29,792 nucleotides of DNA from a virus (Duplodnaviria; Heunggongvirae; Uroviricota; Caudoviricetes). Under the pieces are notes generated by a model. That model saw nothing but the letters and a program-made list of their open reading frames with translations, was not told the DNA's origin and did not search any database. The position numbers were made by a program, and so were the translations under genes. This document shows, in pieces, positions 7,570 through 17,181 of the stretch. Positions within the stretch are counted from its first letter, which is position 1. Each line of letters opens with the position of its first letter. The stretch covers positions 1 to 29,792 of the IMG/VR virus record IMGVR_UViG_3300012983_000032. One strand, written 5' to 3'.

Positions 7570-8490
7570 GTGGCATTTTTCTTGCCATTTTTCTATAAAA
7601 GAAGACCTTTAACAGAATTTAATCTTGATAATATTAAAGAAGGTATAACTTTTATTCATAATGAGAATAAAGTTAAATTATTTGTAACCAACGGTTATAT
7701 TGATATTAAACCTAACCCAACTTCTGACTGGTGGAACGTTAATGCCTTTGATAAGTATTCAGACGAAATTTTAGGAGTTCTTAAAAAAGAGCTTTACAAA
7801 AATCCAAAAATTGTAAAAGTAGCTGAATCCCTTGGTAGTGGTGAAAAAGAATATTGGTACTTTGACACAGAACATAATAATTTATTTTATATCGATGACA
7901 AAGGTAAGTTACATTATCATACTGCAAAAGATAATATCTCATATGAACTTAAATTAGAAAGTGCATATGATAGGTTTCATATAAATCGTGAAATAATTAC
8001 TGAAGATTACCAACTTACCCCAGACGACCTTGAAGAATTAAAGGACACAGGCCTTGACCTTGAAATATTTAGAGTACATTTTATCCGCAAGTATAAAGGT
8101 CAATACAAGAATCGTGATATGGTTCGTTACCTTAAGTCTGACTTTATTTATAAGTACAAGTTCTTTTTCAAGTGTAAAAGATGTGGTAAAGAAACATTCC
8201 ATTGGCACAAACATATTCCTGGCGCAATGGTAGACTATTTTGGGCCATATTATTGTGAAGACTGTAAAGAAATTGCAGAGAAAGAAAAAAAGGAAGAGTA
8301 TGACAGAAAATACAATTTCGACCCGGAATTTAGAAAACAGGAAGACGAATTAAAAGAGTTTGCTAAAAGTATTAATATTATAAATGTACGTCCTCAAACG
8401 ACTTTTTCAAAACTATTTGAAGAAAGACCAATGGAACCACCAAGGGATGAACTATTTGCTACACATGAATTAAGATTCTGCAAGAATTAA
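7570..8490 (+). CDS. Body of the interrupted phage gene (CxxC...CxxC zinc-binding hypothetical protein); 7570-7594 is element-derived
   Basis: CKRC and CEDC motifs. Native sequence resumes at 7595. The only start upstream of the junction in this frame is GTG 7570, inside the element. Confidence 0.8.
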   Translation: MAFFLPFFYKRRPLTEFNLDNIKEGITFIHNENKVKLFVTNGYIDIKPNPTSDWWNVNAFDKYSDEILGVLKKELYKNPKIVKVAESLGSGEKEYWYFDTEHNNLFYIDDKGKLHYHTAKDNISYELKLESAYDRFHINREIITEDYQLTPDDLEELKDTGLDLEIFRVHFIRKYKGQYKNRDMVRYLKSDFIYKYKFFFKCKRCGKETFHWHKHIPGAMVDYFGPYYCEDCKEIAEKEKKEEYDRKYNFDPEFRKQEDELKEFAKSINIINVRPQTTFSKLFEERPMEPPRDELFATHELRFCKN

Positions 8491-8591
8491 GTTCTAATAC
8501 TATTCAAAAAAGAATGGTTCATTTTTCTAAAAAATTATAGAAAACTAGATTTCTGTGTTAATATAGTATTAGATGAAATTGGGGGTAAAAA

Positions 8592-9041
8592 ATGGATGAT
8601 TGGACACTTATGAAACCAATAAATGACTTATACGCATTACAGAGTAGAGTCATGAAAGTTGAAATGACGCTTGATGAATATATAACAAGTGGCAAAAAGA
8701 ATATTTTATCAGGAACAGATAATTTTGATAATTTATTTGCACGACTTGAAGAAGTTCATAATGGGAAAAGAGAATTTATTATGGATGGGGATGTCCTTCT
8801 TTCTGAAAAAAATACAAATTGTTCTTCATTGGAAGATGCAAAAGAATTTTGGAAAAATACAGTTATTGATATTACAAAAAATATCAAATCTCACATAGAT
8901 AATATTTCTAAAGTAAGTGATGATTTTTCAACATACCCTATATGGCTACAATTAAACTGTGAATTTCTAGTACAGAAATTCTACTCTTATCTTATTGAAT
9001 ATATAACAAAAGACCCTGATATCAGTGACATTTCTTTTTAA
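8592..9041 (+). CDS. Hypothetical protein
   Basis: 149 aa, GGGGG RBS-like sequence, GTTAATATA at 8557. Confidence 0.75.
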   Translation: MDDWTLMKPINDLYALQSRVMKVEMTLDEYITSGKKNILSGTDNFDNLFARLEEVHNGKREFIMDGDVLLSEKNTNCSSLEDAKEFWKNTVIDITKNIKSHIDNISKVSDDFSTYPIWLQLNCEFLVQKFYSYLIEYITKDPDISDISF

Positions 9042-9868
9042 GAAATAAAAAGTACGTTTCTTATATCGTCAAGTAATACTTCACGTAAGGTATTTTTTAT
9101 TCTTGACGCATTTGGGAAGAACTTCTCAGGTATTAATTCTTGTATATCAACAACTGAAAAAGCATTTTTATGTCCAACCCCACCAAAGACTGTTGATATA
9201 TAGTTAGACATTTTCAATGATATAGAATCACTTAATTGACAGCCATAAAACATAGAAAATAAATTATAACTAAATGCCCCTATCGTATATATAGCACAAG
9301 CTTCTTCATTAACTTGTTTTAAGATTTCTGTTATTGCATTTTCATTTAATTCTACATTATTAATATCACTGCTCAAATGTTTTGTTTTATCATATTTTTT
9401 AAGTATATCACAGAATAAAGCATCACTTCTTCGTATTAAATTTATATTTGACGAGTATTTTTCCAGAAAACTATAAAGGCCTTTTTCACCTAAACCACAA
9501 TTATCTAGAAAATAATTATATCTTTGTTTATTATCAATAAGTTGAGATTGTTCTATAGCATTATTCATTATTTGAATTGTATTTAGAAAAGAATCAACTG
9601 TATCACTTACGTTTCCTCGAAAAGTATCAAGTCCTTTATCATTTAAAACTCGTTGGATACTTTCATAACTGACACTAAATTTTTCTTTTGCTTCTTGTAT
9701 TTTATCTGAGGAAATTCTATTTAGATAATTTTTTAAATTTTTTAGGTCTTCTTCAGAAATCTTAATTAATCCCAATTCATTTGATTCACGATAGACCTCT
9801 TCAAAAAATTTTTCTTCTGCCCTTTTGTAAATCTGTTCAAATAATTTTGTGTATGTACTATCAGCCAT
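9038..9868 (-). CDS. Hypothetical protein, possibly virion-related
   Basis: Long ORF; ATG 9868 preferred over TTG 9874; ACTAATTG motif just upstream; follows the neck gene. Confidence 0.7.
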   Translation of the reverse strand: MADSTYTKLFEQIYKRAEEKFFEEVYRESNELGLIKISEEDLKNLKNYLNRISSDKIQEAKEKFSVSYESIQRVLNDKGLDTFRGNVSDTVDSFLNTIQIMNNAIEQSQLIDNKQRYNYFLDNCGLGEKGLYSFLEKYSSNINLIRRSDALFCDILKKYDKTKHLSSDINNVELNENAITEILKQVNEEACAIYTIGAFSYNLFSMFYGCQLSDSISLKMSNYISTVFGGVGHKNAFSVVDIQELIPEKFFPNASRIKNTLREVLLDDIRNVLFIS

Positions 9869-9942
9869 ATTCAATTAGTATGACAGATTTCATTTAAACT
9901 TTAAAAAACAACACTATTTATTGACAGAGCATTAATTAATAT

Positions 9943-11172
9943 CTAATTTAGATTTCCTCTCTTAATTGCTAACATCAATGCACTAGGGTCTTTACTCCAT
10001 ATATCGAGTACTTCTTTCTCTAGTGCGTCTGCACGGTTAGTATACAAAGAATAGTCAATTGGATTATTATCTCCTGGCTTAATTAAAGACCTTAACATAC
10101 CAATATTCCTAAGGGCATATGCAGTACAAAGTTTCCTTACTCTAGGTAACTGCCAATAGTCAATATGTTCAAATATCTTATCATAACATAGCCAATGGAT
10201 ATTTAATGAACCTGAAAGGCTTGAATATCCGTGAGCAAATCTTTTACCGTCAATAAATATATCTCTTTCATATTCACGACGGAAAACATTCATATATCCT
10301 TGTCTTGCAGCAAGACCCGTAAGTGCTGCACTCATAGCCTCATACCCTGACATACCAGTAAATCCTGGAACAGGTTTACGATAGGTTACACCGTTTCCGA
10401 AACCATAACCACCTGTACCCATTGCTCCAGTCCCCATCATTTCTGTTCTTAGGTAATTAAATGCACCAGCACCAAATGAACTAGACGGACCGCCAGTGGC
10501 ACCACCTAGAGTGATATATGGGATAGCCTTATATGCGACTGCAGTAGGATTATCCTTAAATCCGTGATATTCTACTTTCCACTCTTGATTTGAACCAACT
10601 GCACCAACAGCTTCGTCTATAATGATAGGGTAATATGCAAAGAATTGGTCTACAGCAGGTTTAATACAGATATCAATCATAATATCTTTATTATATTCAA
10701 GTTCTTCCTCTCTCAAGAAAGGAATACCTAATTCTGCCATAATAATATGATATTCTTCGTCAGATATGGATAATACAGAAGACTTTTGATTATTCCCAGA
10801 GAAAGGGATAAATGAATCAGATGTAGGTTCAGATTTATCTAGCTCAAGATATTCGTCCCTACTTAATATAACTTTAAAATTTGGAGAGTTTACACCCTGA
10901 TAAAATGTAACAACGTGTTCAACTGTTTCCTCAGTTGCAACAGTCCAATCTATATTATCAAATCCTTGTTCAGGGTTACTTGAGTATTCATATATACAAT
11001 ATATCAACGCATTGTTAATTGGACTACTAGGTTCGTTAACTTGGAAAATTGTGTCTTTTGCATAAAACTTTGTTTTATTTGTAGCCTTTATCTCACCAAA
11101 AGACACCCAAGTGTCATATATCTCTCTAGGGTTAGTTTTTCTTATACTTAATAAATAATTTAACTTATCCAT
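9943..11172 (-). CDS. Neck / head-tail connector protein, T4 gp13-like, with an N-terminal extension
   Basis: IIMAELGIPFLREEELEYNKDIMIDICIKPAVDQFFAYYP resembles the gp13-family LG-P...ID.CI..A.D.F..YH pattern as I recall it. Confidence 0.6.
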   Translation of the reverse strand: MDKLNYLLSIRKTNPREIYDTWVSFGEIKATNKTKFYAKDTIFQVNEPSSPINNALIYCIYEYSSNPEQGFDNIDWTVATEETVEHVVTFYQGVNSPNFKVILSRDEYLELDKSEPTSDSFIPFSGNNQKSSVLSISDEEYHIIMAELGIPFLREEELEYNKDIMIDICIKPAVDQFFAYYPIIIDEAVGAVGSNQEWKVEYHGFKDNPTAVAYKAIPYITLGGATGGPSSSFGAGAFNYLRTEMMGTGAMGTGGYGFGNGVTYRKPVPGFTGMSGYEAMSAALTGLAARQGYMNVFRREYERDIFIDGKRFAHGYSSLSGSLNIHWLCYDKIFEHIDYWQLPRVRKLCTAYALRNIGMLRSLIKPGDNNPIDYSLYTNRADALEKEVLDIWSKDPSALMLAIKRGNLN

Positions 11173-11185
11173 ATAATAAGTTAGT

Positions 11186-11419
11186 TTATTTAATTTCTTC
11201 GGATATTACTTTACCCTCAAAGTCTGAAACGTTTTTTAGTGTTTTTTCCAGGTCGGGCATTAGTATGAACTTATGCCCATTACTGCAGATAGTCATCTTA
11301 AACTCTACATTAACAGGTATACCCAACCTTGGAGATATGGTTTGTTTTGTTTCTATAGTTTCCCCCTCTTTAGGCACTTGTTTCCCACAGAAAGGGCATA
11401 ATACTAGTTCTTTATCCAT
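11186..11419 (-). CDS. Small zinc-ribbon protein
   Basis: CPFC ... CSNGH ligands, 77 aa. Confidence 0.7.
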   Translation of the reverse strand: MDKELVLCPFCGKQVPKEGETIETKQTISPRLGIPVNVEFKMTICSNGHKFILMPDLEKTLKNVSDFEGKVISEEIK

Positions 11420-12089
11420 TTTTTAATTTTAATTCTTTTAACTCCTTTATTTTCTTTTTCTTGAATAGAATTAACTCTAACTCACTTATCATTTCAGATG
11501 GTTTAAAGTACTGTTTAGAGTTATTATCTTCCAAATGCACAAACTTATTACCACTAAAGAAAGAGTCTGAACAATAATATCCCGAACAGAACGAGGCAGT
11601 ATTACCGTCAAAAGAAACTTTTTTATCAGGGATTATAAAACCTACGGGATGGTTAACGAAATGACTTCCTATCTCTTGGTAATTTATAGCCATCATATTA
11701 CATATAAGTGCCCACGGCTTATTTTTTTCATCAAGTATTTGAAATATTTTAAGTTTTTCAGAAAAAGGTGGATTACTTATAACAATGTCAAAGTCTTGAG
11801 TTTTTACTTTTTCAAAAAAGTTTCCAGTAAAATGCCCCTCACCGTCTTCGTCAATTAAGTGAGACCATACCAAATCTATATTATCATACATTTGAAAAAA
11901 CTTTACAAAAGAGCTCTTTTCTGTATCAAAAGGGCACCAAACTATAGGTTTTCTATTATTTTTTGAATACCACCTATTAAGCCAATCCTCGAAAAAAGGT
12001 TTAATTATCTCTACAAGACACATAGGTGTATAAAGCTCATCACTATCAAAATCATTACTTTTTGCGATATTATTAAATGTTGTTCCCAT
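11412..12089 (-). CDS. Phage-type amino (likely N6-adenine) DNA methyltransferase
   Basis: SDELYTP, IVWCPFD (SAM-binding), DIVISNPPFS (catalytic). GGAGG RBS favours ATG 12089. Confidence 0.85.
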   Translation of the reverse strand: MGTTFNNIAKSNDFDSDELYTPMCLVEIIKPFFEDWLNRWYSKNNRKPIVWCPFDTEKSSFVKFFQMYDNIDLVWSHLIDEDGEGHFTGNFFEKVKTQDFDIVISNPPFSEKLKIFQILDEKNKPWALICNMMAINYQEIGSHFVNHPVGFIIPDKKVSFDGNTASFCSGYYCSDSFFSGNKFVHLEDNNSKQYFKPSEMISELELILFKKKKIKELKELKLKNG

Positions 12090-12108
12090 TTTTACCTCCA
12101 AGAAATAC

Positions 12109-12426
12109 TTATTCTTTTGCAATTGGCTCAAAAATTTTATCTATCAATTTATCTGACTTAAATGGCAAAACAAATACATTATCACAAATATCTACTCTAT
12201 GATAAAATTCTTTACCATCTTCATCTTTTTCAATACAAGCATTATATCCGTCTTGTTCAAAAGAAGAAACTTGCCCATTAGAAGCAAACTCTACCAAATT
12301 AGCGGGTCTACCTTTAAGATAGGCATAAAAGTAAAATTCATTATCTCTTGTATTTTTTGCACATGCGATAGGGCAAGAAAGATAATCTGAAATAGACTGT
12401 ACAAGGTTTTCTAAGTTTTTAGTCAT
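12109..12426 (-). CDS. Hypothetical protein
   Basis: ORF with GGAG RBS before ATG 12426 (track start 12438). Confidence 0.65.
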   Translation of the reverse strand: MTKNLENLVQSISDYLSCPIACAKNTRDNEFYFYAYLKGRPANLVEFASNGQVSSFEQDGYNACIEKDEDGKEFYHRVDICDNVFVLPFKSDKLIDKIFEPIAKE

Positions 12427-12437
12427 ATATTTCTCCA

Positions 12438-14378
12438 TTATTTAGCAGGGAATATTACCGTATCACCCCAACGAATTTCTCCACTTTGCCAATTACTACT
12501 TGTGATTTCGTTCCAAGGAGCCAATAAATAATTGCCTTTAGAGTCAACTCCATATAAAGCATAACTATATTGAGGACCATTACCAAAATTGGTAAACCAC
12601 CAAGGATTACTGTCAGACTTTAGTTGTCTAATAAGACTTTCTCTAAAACAAAGTTTCATATAACTAGGAACACTGGTTAACCATGCGTCTGAGGCGGCAC
12701 CAGACTCTATAAGAAATCCATATCCACCACTATAGGTATAGTCATTTGGGAAAACTACATATCTGAAAGAAGACGCAGTAGCCCAATAACCACCAAGTTT
12801 CAAGTTTGGGTTAGTAATTTCGATATTACGTACTTGTGTAGCACCAAATACACCAATTGTAGAAGTGCCATATGCAGTACCATATATTTCTACAAGTTCA
12901 GGATTTAAATATATACTATCCATAAAAGAACATCCAGAAAATACGTTATTCCTAATAGCAGTAACACCTCTTGGCATATATAAGGTGTATAAAGAATTAC
13001 AGTCCATAAAGATTGTTGTATTCCATATTTTTGCGTCATTTGCAACTGTACAATTTGATAAGTCTAAAACTATCTGTTGGTCAGAGTCTTTACATACACT
13101 TGCAAACTTGTTCAAGTCTGCTAATGTTAAAACCAAACCATTCAATTTAATAACATTTGGGTCTCCGTCTTCACCTGTTGGTGGAAGGTTAGTGATAATG
13201 TCTGAGACCTCATCTGAGGGGTTCACGGAGTTAGTGTCATAATTACTAATATAATAGAATCTTACGGCACCACCTTCGGTACAAATATAAGTAGTTTTAG
13301 AGTATTCACTAGTATTTGCATATCTAAATACTGAATACCTCATCATATCTGAATTTATTTCTTCCCCAAGAATAGTTTCTTTATCTTTATCATAAAGTGT
13401 CACTGTTAAAGCCTTATTATCATTACTAGTAGTAGTAAAATATATAAGAGCAGTCTGTCCTCTTGGAATAGTCAACTCAATAAAGTTGTTTTGAGACATT
13501 CTCATTGAGTTTGCAATCTGTAAATACCCAATATTATTACCAAACTCACCTGGGCGAGCAGTACCACCAGTTGCAATATTAGACGCATGACCTGTTCTCA
13601 TAACAAGACCACCACCAAAATCAAATCCGTCATTAGAGACACCATTATTCCACCCACTTGGAATAGAAGTAAAATCCCATGATGAGAAAGCTGCCATATC
13701 TACAATAGTAGAAGCATAATCGGCATTGTCATTTACAATGTTTACCGATTCAAAAAAGTTATCATCATATTCTGTTGGTGGTAAATTTTCTTCTGGTCTA
13801 GTGTCAAACCCATGAAAATAAATTGTAGAATTTGCATCCTCATTAAGAAATTTTAAGCCATACCATGTTGTACCATTTTTATCTACAACTTGACAAAACC
13901 TTGCTTTGTCTTTTGAAGAACTACCACTTAAACTTCTTGAACCTGTATTTGATAAAGAAATATGATATGCAGAATTAATATTCTCCCCAACCTCAAAAAT
14001 ATCACCTGATATAGTTCCAGGAATATCTGAAATTTTTGAGAGAAGTAAAATTGTTTTTGTAGGGGATATTGTACCTAATACGATGTTACCATATTCACTT
14101 GGTGCGTCGTCATAAGGTTTAACTGTTATACCTTTTAAGTTAATAGAGTCTTTCAATGACACATTATCGTTGTCGTCAATTATAATATTTTTATTATCTG
14201 CCGTTGTTGTTATTTTTCTTAAAACATTAAGTACCTGATTGTTATCAGGGTCTGTAACAGAGTCTTTTATATATAAAATATTATTATCTGTATCAATAAC
14301 TGGGCTTCTATCTTTTAGATAGTCTTTAAGAAGACTTAAAGTTTTTTCTTCGCCACCTACAAAAAGTACTTGCTGCAT
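12438..14378 (-). CDS. Putative tail/receptor-binding protein with C-terminal BspA-type leucine-rich repeats
   Basis: N-terminal about 190 aa paralogous to 14390-14977; beta-rich middle; IVLDLSNCT and LYMPRGVTAIRNNVFSGCSFMDSIYLN fit LRR_5. The tail role is inference. Confidence 0.6.
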   Translation of the reverse strand: MQQVLFVGGEEKTLSLLKDYLKDRSPVIDTDNNILYIKDSVTDPDNNQVLNVLRKITTTADNKNIIIDDNDNVSLKDSINLKGITVKPYDDAPSEYGNIVLGTISPTKTILLLSKISDIPGTISGDIFEVGENINSAYHISLSNTGSRSLSGSSSKDKARFCQVVDKNGTTWYGLKFLNEDANSTIYFHGFDTRPEENLPPTEYDDNFFESVNIVNDNADYASTIVDMAAFSSWDFTSIPSGWNNGVSNDGFDFGGGLVMRTGHASNIATGGTARPGEFGNNIGYLQIANSMRMSQNNFIELTIPRGQTALIYFTTTSNDNKALTVTLYDKDKETILGEEINSDMMRYSVFRYANTSEYSKTTYICTEGGAVRFYYISNYDTNSVNPSDEVSDIITNLPPTGEDGDPNVIKLNGLVLTLADLNKFASVCKDSDQQIVLDLSNCTVANDAKIWNTTIFMDCNSLYTLYMPRGVTAIRNNVFSGCSFMDSIYLNPELVEIYGTAYGTSTIGVFGATQVRNIEITNPNLKLGGYWATASSFRYVVFPNDYTYSGGYGFLIESGAASDAWLTSVPSYMKLCFRESLIRQLKSDSNPWWFTNFGNGPQYSYALYGVDSKGNYLLAPWNEITSSNWQSGEIRWGDTVIFPAK

Positions 14379-14389
14379 ACTATTTTCCT

Positions 14390-14977
14390 CTACATAATTA
14401 TAAGTTGATTATCTAAATAATCCAAATTGTCAAGATTATATTCTCTTGAATCAAATCCTTGCAAAAATACATTTGCTGACTTTTCGTGAAAAAACTTAAT
14501 ACCAATATACTCTTGACCTAAATAAGACACTCTAATAATATCTTCTTTCTTATTAAATGAACTTGCACCAATAAGTTCATAATTTCCATTATTACTTATA
14601 CACAAATGGTAGGTGGCAGCAATATTTTCACCGATTACCTGAATAGTACCACCTATTGACCCCTTATCAGAGGACTTTAATATCAATAAAACTTGTTTAT
14701 TTGGAGAAATACTCCCTAGATATTTATTATAATAAAAGTTTGTATTATCAGAAGTAACTTTACATTCCTTAACGGATATATCGTCTTTCAAAGATATGAC
14801 TTTATCGGAAGATATACTAATATTGGTGCCTTCCCCTTTTGAGACTTTGTAAAAATTATCATTGTTTTTCAGATATAATTCGTTCTCAGACGGATAGAAA
14901 ATAAGGTTTCTATCTAATAAAAACCTTTTTAAAATGTCTTTAGGTATATCTGATGAGGGTATTAGTATTTCCTGCAT
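14390..14977 (-). CDS. Paralog of the N-terminal module of 12438-14378, putative virion protein
   Basis: Shared blocks SLKD.I, LG.ISP.K, GENI...YH, Y/W.G.KF, GFD.R; CTAATTA motif just before ATG. Confidence 0.7.
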   Translation of the reverse strand: MQEILIPSSDIPKDILKRFLLDRNLIFYPSENELYLKNNDNFYKVSKGEGTNISISSDKVISLKDDISVKECKVTSDNTNFYYNKYLGSISPNKQVLLILKSSDKGSIGGTIQVIGENIAATYHLCISNNGNYELIGASSFNKKEDIIRVSYLGQEYIGIKFFHEKSANVFLQGFDSREYNLDNLDYLDNQLIIM

Positions 14978-15004
14978 AATAATTAGCTATAACCTCCAAA
15001 TTTA

Positions 15005-15034
15005 AAATTACCAACCATTATTGGTTGGTAATTT
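15005..15034 (-). terminator. Perfect 13-bp hairpin after 15040-15288
   Basis: AAATTACCAACCA-ttat-TGGTTGGTAATTT; weak U-tract. Confidence 0.55.
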
Positions 15035-15039
15035 ATAAC

Positions 15040-15288
15040 TTATTTTGCCAAATAGTCTTTTGCAGACTCAAGAGAAGGGAATTCTTTAATTAATCCTTTA
15101 TTATAAGCTCTTGTAACAAAAAGGTCAATGTGTGAGTCTGGATTAGGATATTCATTCATCTTACCAGTTTGGTCTACAACATAATAACTTTTAATTGCAT
15201 GTTCATAAACCTTTTTATCTGGGTCAGCTTTAGAAATTTCACCTGCATAAATTGTATCAGGTTTTTCATCAACTACATAATATTTCAT
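15040..15288 (-). CDS. Hypothetical protein
   Basis: 82 aa, AAGGAG RBS. Confidence 0.75.
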   Translation of the reverse strand: MKYYVVDEKPDTIYAGEISKADPDKKVYEHAIKSYYVVDQTGKMNEYPNPDSHIDLFVTRAYNKGLIKEFPSLESAKDYLAK

Positions 15289-15316
15289 TGTTAAGTTCTC
15301 CTTAAAGATAATTTAA

Positions 15317-15727
15317 TTAATTAGTTTTTTCCCAGTAAATATAGTACTTATCTCTCAACTTGATATCAATATCAAAGTCTACAGGTAGAGTAAGTTTCAT
15401 TTCTGTGCTAACACCCTCGTAGTCATCATCACTAGACATATAATATGTTACAAGACCTAAACCTTTTTCAATAGAAATTCTATCAACTTTTACGTCACAG
15501 TCAGACCTATTATCAATAGGCTTATCAGACATAAATACCATATAATTTTTATTTATACTTAACCTTATTTCTTCTAAAGACGGCTTATGTCTAGAAATTT
15601 CTATTTTACCATTTTTAGTATTTGATATAAGACCCTCATCTGCCTGTTCCAAGTCTTCTAATATTAATTTTACTGTGTCACAAGAGCTAGTATAGTCTAC
15701 AACTACAGTTTTTCCCTTAAACTTCAT
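15317..15727 (-). CDS. Hypothetical protein
   Basis: 136 aa, GGAGG RBS. Confidence 0.8.
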   Translation of the reverse strand: MKFKGKTVVVDYTSSCDTVKLILEDLEQADEGLISNTKNGKIEISRHKPSLEEIRLSINKNYMVFMSDKPIDNRSDCDVKVDRISIEKGLGLVTYYMSSDDDYEGVSTEMKLTLPVDFDIDIKLRDKYYIYWEKTN

Positions 15728-15741
15728 TTTTCCTCCAATGT

Positions 15742-15764
15742 TTACTGACCCAAAAGGTCAGTAA
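15742..15764. other. Intergenic 9-bp hairpin after recA
   Basis: TTACTGACC-caaaa-GGTCAGTAA; no U-tract on the sense strand, so possibly an mRNA stability or processing hairpin. Confidence 0.45.
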
Positions 15765-15771
15765 TTTAATA

Positions 15772-17088
15772 TTAAAGTGGGATAACTGGAACGTCGTCGG
15801 CTGCTGCGGTATTTGCAGTATCTTCTGACTCCAATTTATCCTCTGCCAAAACCTTTTCGGCAGCCTTAGTTTCTTCTTCCTCAGAGTAATTTGTCTCTGC
15901 TTGTGCAGCTTTTAAGGCTTCTTCTGCAATCTCTTCTATTGATTTATTAGTATTTTTTGCAACTTCCTTAATATCGTCTTCCTCAGGATTATAATTATTA
16001 AGGTCAAGTTTATTTCCGTCCAAAAGAAGGGCATTAACTTTTGCTTTAAGTTCGTCATACTCTGTAGGGTGGGCTAATAACCAATTTACAAGGTTATCCC
16101 TACCTCTACATTTCATACCTTTTTCTTCCCAAGCAAAGTTTCCACCACCTTTAACTTCAATAAGTTCAAACTCAATGATAAAGTCAATATATTCAAGATT
16201 AGAATCAATACCTGAGTCAAACCAAAGAGTAAGTTCTGCATCTCTCCAAGGAGTACCTGTCTTATTCTTATAGTTTCTTACACGTAATTTAATACCTGCG
16301 TCCTTACCGTCTTTATTTTTTGCAGTATCAAGTTTTGTAATACGGTTACGAGTTGACGCATAGAACCTAATAGCCTTACCACCTGTTGTACTAGGAAGTT
16401 TAGCCATAATATTCATATTATCACGTTCCTGTGATACTACCAACATAGGTGTTAAATAGTTTCTTGCAAGAACATTGTATTTCTTATAAACCATTGCCAA
16501 TGCAGCCGCGTCTTTTGCACCGTTAAATCCTGTTGAACCAAAGTCTGACTCCAAATCCAAATTAGAACAAGCAGCAGCATCTGAGTCGAAAATAACACAA
16601 CATAAAGAACCTGACTTAACCATAGGCTCCAACATTGCAAAACCTTCTTCAAGAGTATCTGCCTGAATAAGTACGAAATGGTCGTCGTCAATCTTGAGTC
16701 CTAATCTTTGTGCAAAGTTAGGGTCAAATGTACCCTCATAGTCAAGATATGCTACAACTTGTTTGTCTTCATAGTCTTCACGAAACTTTTTAGCCTTATC
16801 TTTATCGTGTTTTACGTCTTCAAAGTATTTTGCCATACGTTCAATTTCTTTAGGCATTTTATCCTGCAACTGTCCTGCAATATAGGTATATACAGTTGAT
16901 TTACCAGAAGACTCTGGGCCAAAAGACTGATGAATACGGTCATAACTAAATCCCGAAAAAAGTCTAGTAAGTTGTGGTGAGTCCAAAATAATTTTATGGA
17001 TAAGAATGTTAGCATCTGCCTCTACTACTCCGTGTTTATACTTTGTAATAGCGTCGGCACGAGCTTTCTTGAAATCTTTTAATGACAT
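15772..17088 (-). CDS. recA: RecA/UvsX-like recombinase
   Basis: GPESSGKST Walker A, YLDYEGTFDP, VIFDSDAA, SQER, TGGKAIRFYASTR, KNKTGTPWR; acidic C-terminal tail. Confidence 0.93.
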   Translation of the reverse strand: MSLKDFKKARADAITKYKHGVVEADANILIHKIILDSPQLTRLFSGFSYDRIHQSFGPESSGKSTVYTYIAGQLQDKMPKEIERMAKYFEDVKHDKDKAKKFREDYEDKQVVAYLDYEGTFDPNFAQRLGLKIDDDHFVLIQADTLEEGFAMLEPMVKSGSLCCVIFDSDAAACSNLDLESDFGSTGFNGAKDAAALAMVYKKYNVLARNYLTPMLVVSQERDNMNIMAKLPSTTGGKAIRFYASTRNRITKLDTAKNKDGKDAGIKLRVRNYKNKTGTPWRDAELTLWFDSGIDSNLEYIDFIIEFELIEVKGGGNFAWEEKGMKCRGRDNLVNWLLAHPTEYDELKAKVNALLLDGNKLDLNNYNPEEDDIKEVAKNTNKSIEEIAEEALKAAQAETNYSEEEETKAAEKVLAEDKLESEDTANTAAADDVPVIPL

Positions 17089-17181
17089 TGTTTCTCCTTT
17101 TGTGTACTAAGACACTTAAATTAAAATATAGGCAATTCTAACGATTGCACATATTTAGTGAAATTCATAGAAATTGAAATT

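Larger units (their letters stand above)
6026..7594 (-). mobile_element. Complete tnpB-only IS200/IS605 (IS1341-like) element B, 1569 bp, target TTTAT
   Basis: Left end: TTTAT (7599-7595), AAAA at +16..+19, hairpin from +20. Right end: GAAT, hairpin TGTCCTCGG-tctttag-CCGAGGACA, GGCTTCAA (to 6026). Precise removal restores an intact gene. No target duplication. No tnpA in the window. Confidence 0.93.

Noticed and set aside
6026-7594. IStron (group I intron plus tnpB) as the way the interrupted gene is repaired
   Set aside because: The element is antisense to the host gene, and its roughly 180-nt left end shows no group I core.
1215-7600. Direct repeat 1215-1370 / 7436-7599, first read as a duplicated ncRNA or a CRISPR-like repeat
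   Set aside because: Only two copies, 6 kb apart, with no spacers. It is fully explained as the IS200/IS605 left end.
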